Below are positions 38,421-50,849 of a stretch of DNA of 64,000 bases, piece after piece. Each line of letters begins with the position of its first letter. The stretch's first letter is position 1. The position numbers were made by a program, and so were the translations under genes. The stretch is from Octopus bimaculoides (lineage: Eukaryota). The notes beneath the pieces were generated by a model. It was given only the letters and a program-made list of their open reading frames with translations. It did not search any database and was not told the origin of the DNA. Location of the stretch: the NCBI RefSeq assembly GCF_001194135.2, contig NC_068982.1, forward strand, positions 151,739,633 to 151,803,632, given 5' to 3'.

Positions 38421-39680
38421 CTAGCAGAAACACCCGGTGTTGCCCGGGTTAAAGAAAATAATGAAATTTAAAAATGCCTTTCAGATCTCTAACTAGCGTG
38501 AAACATAGACTACGCAGGCCTCACCTCCTAGTAGCTGAGATACCAACTTTATACGTTAATAACCCGGTGTTTCCCAGATTATTGAAAATAATGAAATTTA
38601 AGTATACCTTTTAGATCTCTAAGTAGAATGAAACACGGATTATGCAGTTCTCAACAGCTGTTAGATGAGGAACCAACTGACTGTATATATCAATAACATG
38701 TTTTGTCCGATGTTCTCAGTTAAAATTATTAAAAAGCAGGTAGTTCTTTGTCTTTGAAATCACCTTCAGTTGTCAGTACTTATTTGAAACACGTTGAATC
38801 TGAAAATGCATAAATTTGAGAAGAACCGTCCTCCGGGCGCTCCTCTCCTGTTAGTAAATACTTTTAACAAAAATTCTATCAGATGACGTGAGTATACACA
38901 AATGTATTGAAACATATCCGGCGATCAATCACAGTTTAATTACCCAGAGCTTCTAAATATCCAATGTTTTGAGTGTGTCCTTTAATTGGTGTATACATGA
39001 AAAGATTTTGGGGACTTGTGAACATCTTACATATAATTGCTCACGAGAGAAGCAAGGTGAAGTCCAACAACCTTGAGAGACTGTCCTAGAGATTTGTTTA
39101 TTAACGGCGAAACTTAGTTTCACTGGGAACTGGAACCGTTTAAATTCAAAGGGGAGGTCATATAGGATTAACGGGGTCCGTGGGATGAAGACATCCTCAC
39201 CATTATAGTTCCAAGTCATAATTGTTACCTCTAGGACATGGGAGCGCATCATTTTCACCACTAATATGGTGCCATTGCACAGAGGAAGTAGATCCTGATT
39301 TTGAGCAGCATGATTGGGGCCCCCTTTTTAAGTGTTAAGTGGTGAGGTGACATCCCAGATGACTGTACAGAGTTCAGGAACACAGTTGGAAAAACTACAG
39401 CCTGGTCCTGATCAATGACAATGTCGAGGGATTTGAAAGACTGTTCTTGTCCGGGCAACAGCTGCATGAGATCCCAGTTGATTTTGTCGACAGCATCATT
39501 ACGTGGAGCTAAGATGGCTTGCTCACAGAGCCATTGACTGTTGCTAAAGATTTATGCAGTGTTTGGGAGCACGTGCATTATGAGATCATTGACAGTTGGT
39601 ACCATCTCAACAGGGGTTTGGCTGTCCATAGAGGGCACAAACAAATATATGTCTTACATATATAAAACAGGCCTGTTGAC
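38421..39680 (-). mobile_element. Helitron 3' portion: Pif1 helicase C-terminus plus canonical terminus
   Basis: WLCEQAILAPRNDAVDKIN...FLNSVQSSGMSPHHLTLKKGAPIMLL...VFIPRTPL...FKRFQFPVKLSFAVNK. On the minus strand the terminus is the hairpin ACCCGG-GCAACA-CCGGGT, a short spacer, CTAG (38424-38421), then T. Confidence 0.9.
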
Positions 39681-39682
39681 AT

Positions 39683-39787
39683 ATGAAAGACAAAGTCGAC
39701 CTCGGCGGAATTTGAACTCAGCGTTATTTCCACTGTTGCTACGTTCTAAGTATTTCGCATGGCGTGCTAACAATTCTGCCAGCTCGA
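39683..39787 (-). mobile_element. Family B SINE fragment
   Basis: GAAAGACAAAGTCGACCTCGGCGGAATTTGAACTCAG...TCTGCCAGCTCG. Confidence 0.8.
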
Positions 39788-39794
39788 TGAATAA

Positions 39795-39863
39795 GGATGA
39801 TGACGATGATGATGATGACGATGATGATGATGACGATGATGATGATGACGATGATGATGATGG

Positions 39864-39902
<39 letters not shown>

Positions 39903-40055
39903 CAGTAGTAGTAGTGGTAGTGGTGGTGGTGGTGGGTATGGTGGTGGTGGTGGGTATGGTGGTGGTGGTGGGTATGGTGGTGGTGGTGGGTATGGTGGTG
40001 GTAGTGGTTGTGGTGGTGGTGATGGTGGTGGCGGTGAAGGCGGTGGCGGTGGTGG
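39795..40055. repeat. Compound (GAT)n-(AGT)n-(GGT)n array with four 18-bp units GGTGGTGGTGGTGGGTAT
   Basis: Directly visible. Confidence 0.9.
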
Positions 40056-40649
40056 TTTGGCATTAGTACTATTTCTTTTATTATTATATTTAATATATAT
40101 ACACATCAAGCAATATTCATTTTTAATAGAAAAATTAATCAAGACCGTATCATTATTTCCAAGCTCAAATTATTCATGTACCCCAAGTATGGTACAGATT
40201 GATCCAGAGGTTTGACCATGCATAGAGGACACACGCTCACACAGACAACGTATTTTATATATATAGATATATTCTACAACATCCGTTATTATTTAATTAA
40301 TTTTGCTATGTATCACGTAAATTGCTTTAAGCTACTATTCGATGTCAAGAAGTGTGATATGTTTTAAAGCGGACAATAGTTAGGTGTGTGAGATTTTATA
40401 CTGACTTTCCCTATATAACAAATAATAGTTTACATTAAAGAAATGAGTTTCAAAAATTAATAAGTAAAATTTGTTGTAGAAAGCACAGAAAATATAGAAA
40501 CATTAATATCTTTCTCTCTCAGCCTCTATCTCTCTATCTTACTACAGTTCCATACATACATACATACATACATACATACATACATACATACATACATACA
40601 TACGTATACATGTGTGTTTGTGTGCGCTTGTGTATGTGTGTGTGCATGC

Positions 40650-40692
<43 letters not shown>

Positions 40693-41804
40693 TTTATGAA
40701 TAAATGGGCATACTAGATAAAGAAGAGAAATACGAAAATCTCTTGAAAGCATATTTGGCAAAGTATTTTATGTCATGAAAATTCTGCTAGTAAGATCAAT
40801 GCATCAATTCTATTGAGTACAATTTCGTATTTTCATCCTCGCATGGAACTCACTAAATGAGAATTGAAAGTTTAAACAGAGGTTTGTTTTGGATTAATCC
40901 ATTAGGTGTAATCTATTTACGTATATACTCAACTAAAGTCTACAGAAAAATCGAATTTAGCATTAGAAACTTAAAATAAGCATGATTTGATATCAAAAGT
41001 AAATCCAAAGAATATACTTCCATACTTTACTGTATGTATGTATGTATGTATGTATTTATGTGGTAGAAAAGCACTCGATATGAGCTGAAAGAGTAAAGAT
41101 AATTTTATTAAAAAAAAACCGCAAATCTTGTAAATACAGCTACCCAGGTTTTCCTTTTTGAAATAAAAATTTATTCCGCGATTAATCAAGCTGAAAACAA
41201 AACTGTTTGTCAGTTGCGTTTTGAGCCGAAAACGTTCAAACAAGAGAAGAAAAACACAAGGAAGATGACCAACATTACAATAATCCGATGTAAAACAGGC
41301 GTAAACCAGATACTAATGCTATACTAATTGTCCGGTGCTCTACCGTCAAGATGTATTTCTTGAACTGCGGACATTCAGGAAAAATCTCGTTCCTCGAATT
41401 TATGTATTTGTTGGAGGTTCTCAAGTTTTTAAGACATACAATTTTGCAAGAGAACACATTTTTGGACCCGTTAATATAACCGTTAATAGATTCTATAAAG
41501 TAATTTAGATAAGTGTTTAGAAGTAATATAGACATTCGATCTCTTTGTTTCTCTCATAGACGTTAAAGTCACTCCTAACATGTCTGTAAATTCGAATGCT
41601 ATTTTCAAAATACCACTTATCCTACAATGCTGATTGGATTCGTCACGACCGATGTATTACCACACCTGTTTGATAAGTGTTTAAAATTTTACTGAAAGTG
41701 ATGGATTATATGTTATGATGTAATCTATGAATACATCGATAAGATTCTACTGAAACAGCTATCGTAAATTTTAACCCTCATTTGTGTTTCTTGCCACACA
41801 CACA

Positions 41805-41871
<67 letters not shown>

Positions 41872-42067
41872 NNNNNNNNNNNNNNNNNNNNNNNNNNNNN
41901 NNNNNNNNNNNNNNNNNNNNNNNNNNNNNNNNNNNNNNNNNNNNNNNNNNNNNNNNNNNNNNNNNNNNNNNNNNNNNNNNNNNNNNNNNNNNNNNNNNNN
42001 NNNNNNNNNNNNNNNNNNNNNNNNNNNNNNNNNNNNNNNNNNNNNNNNNNNNNNNNNNNNNNNNNNN

Positions 42068-42120
<53 letters not shown>

Positions 42121-42286
42121 TTGTATGCATGCATAGTTGGACAATATATATTCTTATTACATTTCCTTCGTGTTTGGTGTACATTGCATTGACTAAAGTT
42201 GCATGTGTGAATTCTTCAACTAATCAAGATATCTTGCTAATATTGCTCATGAATTGATCTGTAGCCACATTGGTATATACATATAT

Positions 42287-42375
42287 TAACATACACACAT
42301 AGTTACATAAATATAACATACACACATAGTTACATATATAACATACATTAACATACACACATAGTTACATGAATA
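42287..42375. repeat. Minisatellite, three copies of TAACATACACACATAGTTACAT
   Basis: Direct repeats read from the sequence. Confidence 0.85.
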
Positions 42376-42933
42376 TTCAGAATAGATAATACAGCACAGC
42401 ATTAATATTGTTTTTCTCACGATTGACACCTACATTCTTAATTACAATTTCAAGCATATTATATCTACTTCATTCATGAATTTCTATTGCAAAGCTTTAC
42501 ATAGTAATATCGTATATTCAGCTTGTATATTCAGCTATTCAGGCATGAGATACATAAACTATATTTTAAAAATTTACACAACAATCAAACGTATACGCTA
42601 CACAGAAAAGCACGAACACAATCAAACCTTCACACAAGCAATTTCCAACAAGAGAACCTTTATTTGGTCTCTCAATCTCTTAGAAATAGTAACCAAATCA
42701 CACCTTTCACTGTTACTTATGGTTATAAGTATCTATAGGAAAACGATGGGGACCTCTTCATGTTTGCAACACTTGGTACATATAACAACTAAATCTCCAT
42801 CAAATCACACTTACGCAAGCTCACGTTGGATAATGTCGTCCTGGGTTTGGAATATCTTTGATCATAGATGTACTTAACCAAGAATCACTAGGAGTTCAAC
42901 AACGAAAACGTACACACAACCTACACCCGCACA

Positions 42934-42967
<34 letters not shown>

Positions 42968-43000
42968 TCACACTATGCATTATTACTACAATCCTGTGTG

Positions 43001-43038
<38 letters not shown>

Positions 43039-43087
43039 TAAATGTAGAACCTTGGAATGTGGGCTCAAAACCGCATTGGTGGATAAT

Positions 43088-43184
43088 TTCTTTATTTGTG
43101 AATTAAGCCCACCATTAGTTTCATGATATTTCCTTACTCCTCCTAACATGAAACCAATGGTAGCCTTAATTCACAAATAAAGAA
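43088..43184. repeat. 97-bp fold-back inverted repeat (38-bp arms, 3 mismatches, 21-nt loop)
   Basis: Arm TTCTTTATTTGTGAATTAAGCCCACCATTAGTTTCATG versus reverse-complemented right arm TTCTTTATTTGTGAATTAAGGCTACCATTGGTTTCATG. Confidence 0.92.
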
Positions 43185-43191
43185 TATATAC

Positions 43192-43235
<44 letters not shown>

Positions 43236-43294
43236 GCGTGTGTGTATGTATGTGTGTATGTATGTATGCATATATGTATGCATGTATGTGTGCG

Positions 43295-43500
43295 TGGAGT
43301 GTCTTTGCTTTTCTGTTTGCTCCCAACCACCGTTTGACAACCGATGTTGGTGTGTTTACGTCCCCTAACGGAGCGTTTCGGCCAAAGAGTCCAATAGAAT
43401 AAGTACCAAGCTTGAAAGCATAAGTATGGTGTCGATTCCATCGACTAAAAAGTTTTCTAAGCGGTGCCCCAGCATTGCCACAGTCTAATGATTGAAAGGA
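43295..43500 (+). mobile_element. 3' half of a family A SINE
   Basis: CCACCGTTTGACAACCGATGTTGGTGTGTTTACGTCCCC...GCGGTGCCCCAGCATTGCCACAGTCTAATGA. Confidence 0.75.
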
Positions 43501-44419
43501 ATAAGAGATATATGTATATGTGATTTAAATACTATTAAAAAAAAAACAATATAATAAAATCTTTATTATTTTAACACGTAATGTATTCCAGTGACAGAAT
43601 TGTAAATCCTCAATATATATTTATGGCTCTTTCTACGTTTAACTTAATTAGTATTTCGTTAAACTAATAGTTCAAAGAATCAATGAAAACTATATTTCAC
43701 ATTATAATTCACCACTAAATGCATTTAAATTATACCCCAAGAACATCCAAGAACTTCGTCAATTTCCCCTATGTCTTCCTTTTGAATCAAAAGAAAATAA
43801 TCCTTAGTATTTTAATAGTGTATTTTTCTATATTTGACTATTATTGATTCATAAAAACCAATTGCTATAAATAATAACCATTCATATTGCACCAAACAAA
43901 AGTTTTCATATTTTATTTGACAATGCACCAAATAAGAGTTACTTGCTTATTGGTTCTTTGTTGTTCTAATTTTATCTTAAAAATTTCAATATAGGTGTCA
44001 ATATATATATTCATTTAATTTATTTTTCTTTCTTTGTCTGAATTGCATTTCAAGCAATTTCCTTTCATTTGCACTTTTTTTTTATAATTTCAGGTAAGAA
44101 AATCAATTATTCTAAAATAAATGAATGAAATTCATAAAAAAGTATATACAAGAAAAACGTGAGTGCATATTTTCTTTACAAAGTCATATTCTATACATTA
44201 CTTGTTTCAGCATATCAAGTCTACAAATAAATATCTCACATTACGTGACTGCATAACATGATATACATGAACATCTTAATAACAAGGATCAATTCTGAAT
44301 TGAGTCATCTTTAATGTTTACATCACTGCATAATGTATATTAACACATTCACAGGCATATATATACAAATACAAGCACATTCTCATACACGGACACACAG
44401 ATGTATAATATATGCATAT

Positions 44420-44420
<1 letters not shown>

Positions 44421-44462
<42 letters not shown>

Positions 44463-44505
44463 CATAGATAGATAGATAGATGGATAGATAGATAGATAGA
44501 TAGAC

Positions 44506-44579
<74 letters not shown>

Positions 44580-44590
44580 CTATCTAGCTA
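44421..44590. repeat. Inverted tetranucleotide array (TATC)10-TACA-(TAGA)n
   Basis: TATC and GATA are reverse complements; centre TATCTA-CA-TAGATA. Confidence 0.92.
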
Positions 44591-45051
44591 TGAATTGAAG
44601 TAGTTTCAGCTCACGCGCCAGCATGCAGAACGGACGCTAAATAATGATAATGATGATACACACACACACNNNNNNNNNNNNNNNNNNNNNNNNNNNNNNN
44701 NNNNNNNNNNNNNNNNNNNNNNNNNNNNNNNNNNNNNNNNNNNNNNNNNNNNNNNNNNNNNNNNNNNNNNNNNNNNNNNNNNNNNNNNNNNNNNNNNNNN
44801 NNNNNNNNNNNNNNNNNNNNNNNNNNNNNNNNNNNNNNNNNNNNNNNNNNNNNNNNNNNNNNNNNNNNNNNNNNNNNNNNNNNNNNNNNNNNNNNNNNNN
44901 NNNNNNNNNNNNNNNNNNNNNNNNNNNNNNNNNNNNNNNNNNNNNNNNNNNNNNNNNNNNNNNNNNNNNNNNNNNNNNNNNNNNNNNNNNNNNNNNNNNN
45001 NNNNNNNNNNNNNNNNNNNNNNNNNNNNNNNNNNNNNNNNNNNNNNNNNNN

Positions 45052-45094
<43 letters not shown>

Positions 45095-45819
45095 GTATAT
45101 ATAATTCTTTTATTTTCATACAGAAAACCTGCAAAGTCTCTAGTAGCCGTGGAGGGTATTATTTCGCGCTCCTTCTAGACTCTTCAGCACGGCATAACTC
45201 GAGATTTTAAAGTTAGTTATGCTAAATGAGTTTGCAGCAGATAATCTTCCCTGGGTCTGTACTTGAATTATTGGCTGGTCCGGTATTATCTCCAGTCTGT
45301 TTTTTAAATTTCCATAGAGGTTACTGATATACTTATGTGATTTCTTTATGTATGCAGTTGAACGCACATGCAAACACACACATACAAATACATATAACAA
45401 AATGCAAATCATTCGAATATAAATTTACACACAAGTGACTCAAGAGCCAACCACTAATGCATTTATGAAACCTCTTTCACCACCCCTCTGCGTTCGTCTG
45501 TGTGTGTATGTGTAGCTTTCTCTCTAACTATTCACGACCTGGACATCCATTGAGAAAGGAAGCAACTATTTTATTATGAAACAATTTTTTTATTCAACAG
45601 AAGAATTACTGAAACATTCCAACTCTAGAGTAGCGATTAAGCTGACAGGAGTATTTATATTTTAAATAAATCGCTTCTCTGAGAAGATCTGCATAAATTT
45701 TTTAATAAATATTGTGTGAGCGTACAAAAGTGGACTACATATCACTATATATATACATATACACACACGTATATGAACATAGATATATATACATACGTAT
45801 ATATATATATATATAATAC

Positions 45820-45870
<51 letters not shown>

Positions 45871-45908
45871 NNNNNNNNNNNNNNNNNNNNNNNNNNNNNN
45901 NNNNNNNN

Positions 45909-46001
<93 letters not shown>

Positions 46002-48892
46002 CATACAGTGGGAATTATTGCATATGTGATATTTAAACGCAATACTTTTTGCAATTGTTTTTATGAATCAATGGCAGTCAAATGTAGAAAATGCACTATT
46101 AAAATGTTTTGTATATTTCAATATTTCAATATGAAGCGCTATTTTTACCAAATGCTTTGCGGCTTATTTGTAACCACAACGTAGACATTCACTTGCGTTT
46201 TCTCTAAATGCTCTAGAGCTATAACTTAGCCCTTAATATATCATTTTTACCGCCAAAATTACAACATCCACTACAACAAATGTTATCGCCATTGTGAAAA
46301 CTGTTAGCACTGGCTAAAACACCTACAAATGAGTCTCGATGTTGTTCGTTCTGCTGCAAGCATTTAAACGTCTCAAGTGACACACTTATCTGCCTTACTT
46401 TCAGAAGGAACACTTGTATTTATGTAGTCTTGCATAACCCTAAAAGCACGTGATAGGCTGATATACTATTATGTGTTTACTCAAGCGGTGTTGCCTCGGA
46501 ACCAAAGAAACGTACACAACAACTAGGAAGTGTTTACAACGTCACTTAACCTGCAAGAAACAACAGCCAAATATTCTTCATATAATGCACTGCAGTATTA
46601 AATAAAGGGAGAATAACATATTAGAAAGTTTAGTTTTAAATTCCCCTAATTCAGATAATCATGGCTGGAATATTCGAGCACTTATCAACATTGACATAGA
46701 CATTTACGCAGCCTGCATCCACACACAAATTGAAATACATGATGTGCACACGCATACATACACACATGTATGCGCGTTTAAGTACACATACGCACACACA
46801 CACACACAGACACACGCACACACACACACACGAATATGAATATATATATATATATGTGCATTGATATATATGTGTATACACACACATATATATTATATGC
46901 ACGCACAAGTACGTGTATGATTACAATAGCCTAGCTATCTCTATTGACACCAGCGTCTTTTCTTTAACTATGTACCATTAAAATGACTGTCATTTCGTTC
47001 TTGCAATATACAATACCAAATACGCTCTACAAATAGTGTTTGATTATTACAATTCAATTTCTAATGAAAAAAATATATATCTACGGTAACAAAAGAAAAA
47101 AAAAACAAGAAACCAAAGCAAAATCAACAAGAATGTTAAGAAGAAACAATTAGAAAAGAAAATCAAAATTTCTTTTCATATTACTTTATTTACTCTTTTA
47201 AGAAATCATTATTTCATTTACTACTTAGTTGCATCCAATATCTATTGTCCATATATTTCCCAACAGATCTGAAGTGATCTTTATATGCGATTTGACGTAA
47301 AAAAAAGAGATAGTTTTAATGATTTATTGCTTCTTTTCCTCCATAATTTTTTTTATAACAAAGCTTTGTTTCTTTGAAATACATATTCCATTATTCCATT
47401 CCTTCGGGATCAGTGGTTTTGTTCCTTGAATGTTCCATGACATATTGTATGACGTTCTTTTTACAATTGTGATGTCGTTAACCAGTTAAAGACTTTCTAA
47501 TATTAGTATTACATTGATATGTATCAAGGTACATATACACATACATTTATATACATATGTATATGAGTGTATATATAATATATACATATACACACGTGTA
47601 TGCATGTAAGTATACACACGCATCATACACAGATCTATACATGTACAAGGAAGATGACGGAGAGAGCGAGTCAAAGAGAGTGAAACTTGCAAGGATATAT
47701 TTTTACTGAAACACGTAAAAAGCTTCACTAAGAAAATTCTTAGCGTAGTTAGGGTACGTGCTTTTCACTTTCTGGCCAGGAGAATACAAATCAACCCGAC
47801 TAGTTTGATCACTTCGTCAGAGGTCGGTCTCCCATTTTGATAAAACTAGTCATTATTTGCCTGATCACTGATAGCGAGCAAATCGGTATATACACAATTT
47901 CTCAGCAGAGCTAAACACGTATGTTTGAAAACTATAAATATTCTCGTAAGTTTGACATCCATCTCTTCTTGTAACAATGCCTGATGATACCTCATCAATT
48001 AATTATTTACACTGCTAGCACTCACTGATATGCATTCAATTTAGTTAGATACATGTTTATATATACAGTAAGTAGTTTTAAACTATTATTCTCCCTATGT
48101 TCACTCGGTCTCGATTTTCATTATGAACATGGACTGTGAAAGTATGGCCCATCGGTCCTTTCCAAATAACGGATATTAGGAGAGCTACCGCAGAGTATTT
48201 CGATCAATTATATCTATCGATATGGTTTTTATATGGCTACTCATATTGTCTTCGCCTTAAAATTAGATTGAAAGCATGAGAATGAAGGGAAGTCTTCTTG
48301 TTTCTTGTGTGCGTATTTGTGTGTGTGTGTGTGTGTGTATGTGTGTGTGTTTGTTTGTGTGTGTGTGTGTGTGAGTGTGCGTGCGCGTGTCTAGAAAGGG
48401 TCATATCGTATTTATTGAATTTAGAATCTTAAAAAACGATTAGGAGAGAGGTGGAAGAAGCAAAATTAAATAGAATGCAGATAAAATAGAAAGGAAATAT
48501 GAATTTTTTAATGGCCACAAGGGGGTCAAGCAATGAGTACAATATCAAAGGACGAAATACCTCATACAAAACACAAAAAGTGGTGTTTGCATCGGTGCAT
48601 CAATTAAAAGGTGGAGACCAGGAAGTTTGACGGACGAGTGTAGTCGATACCATTGGCATCAGCACTTGACTGATGCATTATTTTCTCAATTCAGGAAGGA
48701 CTGAATGAAAAAAAGTTAATTTTATATAGTTCACTGTTTCTTGATCGTTACTCAGAAGACCTCAGGTTATCTATTTCATCAATCTCATTCCTGTCTTCGA
48801 GGAGAACTTAGAGCAAATAACTATTTATAGCTATTTATAGCAAAACACAGACTAGAACTTATAGGTCTTCTTTCTCTCTCTTTCAGTTTCTC

Positions 48893-48936
<44 letters not shown>

Positions 48937-48946
48937 NNNNNNNNNN

Positions 48947-48984
<38 letters not shown>

Positions 48985-48985
<1 letters not shown>

Positions 48986-49215
48986 TTTCTTTACTGCCCA
49001 CAAGGGGCTACACACAGAGGGGACAAACAAGGACAGACAAACGGATTAAGTCGATTATATAGACCCCAGTGCGTAACAGGTACTTATTTAAACGACCCCG
49101 AAAGGATGAAAGGCAAAGTCGACCTCGGCTGAATTTGAACTCAGAACGTAGCGACAGCCGAAATACCGCTAAGCATTTCGCCCGGCGTGCTAACGTTTCT
49201 GCCAGCTCGCCACCT
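48985..49215 (-). mobile_element. Family B SINE, tail variant
   Basis: Full head and body, with a different tail (TTTACTGCCCACAAGGGGCTAC...). Confidence 0.85.
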
Positions 49216-49234
49216 TACTCTCTCTTTCTGTACT

Positions 49235-49279
<45 letters not shown>

Positions 49280-49514
49280 ATACTCATAAATTTATGTGTG
49301 TGTAGAGAGAGATAATTAGATAGAGAGAGAAAGAAAGAATGAAAGGGAGAGAAGAAAGTGATGGAATGCGAGAGAAAGGTTAATTTTGTTCGAAGATATG
49401 GTTTCACTCCATTGCTAATTCGAATGTTCGGTTACAGTTCAGTGTTTTAAAGCTATGAGCTGACGACAGAGTTAAACTTCAGCTTCGAAGAAATAAATGC
49501 TATTCTTTATTACA

Positions 49515-49890
49515 TATGGAATGGTCGTGTGGTAAAACAGCTTGCTTCTCAGCCACATGGTTCTTTGTTCAGTCTAAACTGCATGGCAATTTGGGCGAGT
49601 GTGTTCTACTATGACCTCGAGTCGACCAAAGTCTTGCGAATGAATTTGGAAGATGGAAACTGAAAGTAGTCCTTCCTATATATGTATATTTATATGTATC
49701 TATGTGTGTCCGTCTTTGTCCCCCACCACCGCTTGACAACCGGTACTGGCATGTCTATGTCCCCGTATCGGCAAAAGAAACCGATAGAATAAGTTACCAG
49801 GCTTAAAAATTAACTACTGGGTCGATTCATTCGACTAAAAAAATTATTTAAGTGAGTGTCCCAGCATGGCCGCGGTCTAATGACTGAAAC
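49515..49890 (+). mobile_element. Diverged family A SINE
   Basis: Colinear with 7288-7690, including a short internal TA/TG tract. Confidence 0.8.
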
Positions 49891-50849
49891 AAGTTAAAGA
49901 AATAAAAAACAAAAATATTGTACGCTCTTTCTATATTCCGTATACCCAAGCTTAACTATATACATTCATATATGCGCACATATTCGCATGCACGTGTGTT
50001 TTTGAACAATGAGGAAGTATATGTATTTGCGTTTATATCTGTATATCACACATAACTAAACGTCAAATATCAATCGAACAAGAATTGCACATAAAATACA
50101 GAAATAGATAACAAATAGAGACAGTATCACGTCGTACATGATTTGAGCTTTATCCAAGTTTTCGTCTCTAATGACATAGAATTAAAACACATTCTTTTTA
50201 CTTTCTGGTTCGTTCTTTCTGCGAAGTAACTATGCTAGACATGAACCTACGCGGAAAATTTAAGGTCAGTAAGCTTGACTGAATCATTCTAGACGAGTGA
50301 TAGTGATTGTTTTGTGTGAATTTGTGGAGCCATTTCCCATTAGATGATGCCTGAGAGTTGTTTTATAATTAGGAGACTAGAAACTTTGCTCGGTGTAGTT
50401 ACCGTATCACGAGGAAATTAGTTTAAATCATTAGAATTTCTATTTCTGCACGTCACATAAGCAATTGAGTTATTTGCATTAAATATTAAAACATAATCAT
50501 AGATGTTCAATATGTTTATGTCCGAACATTCATTACGCTCATATTTCCGAATGAACAAGCCTTTTCCATAAAATTTGGATATTAAATAAATTGCTCCTAT
50601 TAATGGAGAAATTTATTTTACCATTTGCATAAACATAAATCACACTCCTGCTTGTGGTCGATCACTAAATTCACGATAACAATCTCATTCGATTGTAGAT
50701 GTTTTAATGACTGTGCACTACAACATTTAGCTTTGGTTGCAGACAGGTCATATAAATGTCTGGTTATAGGAAATATACATGCAATCTTCTTTTCATGTTT
50801 TTTTATGAGTATTACTCAGCGCATTTTTTAATCTTTTATCCCCTTCAAA

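Noticed and set aside
39541-40215. 224-aa plus-strand ORF as a real CDS
   Set aside because: A chimera of antisense Helitron, SINE and trinucleotide repeats.
41725-41770. GAAACAGCTATC resembling a hammerhead stem III
   Set aside because: No intact CTGANGA upstream and no stem I.
42476-42877. 133-aa ORF and the 163-aa ORF at 60692-61183
   Set aside because: AT-rich composition, no domain motifs, non-ATG starts, and the second spans a microsatellite.
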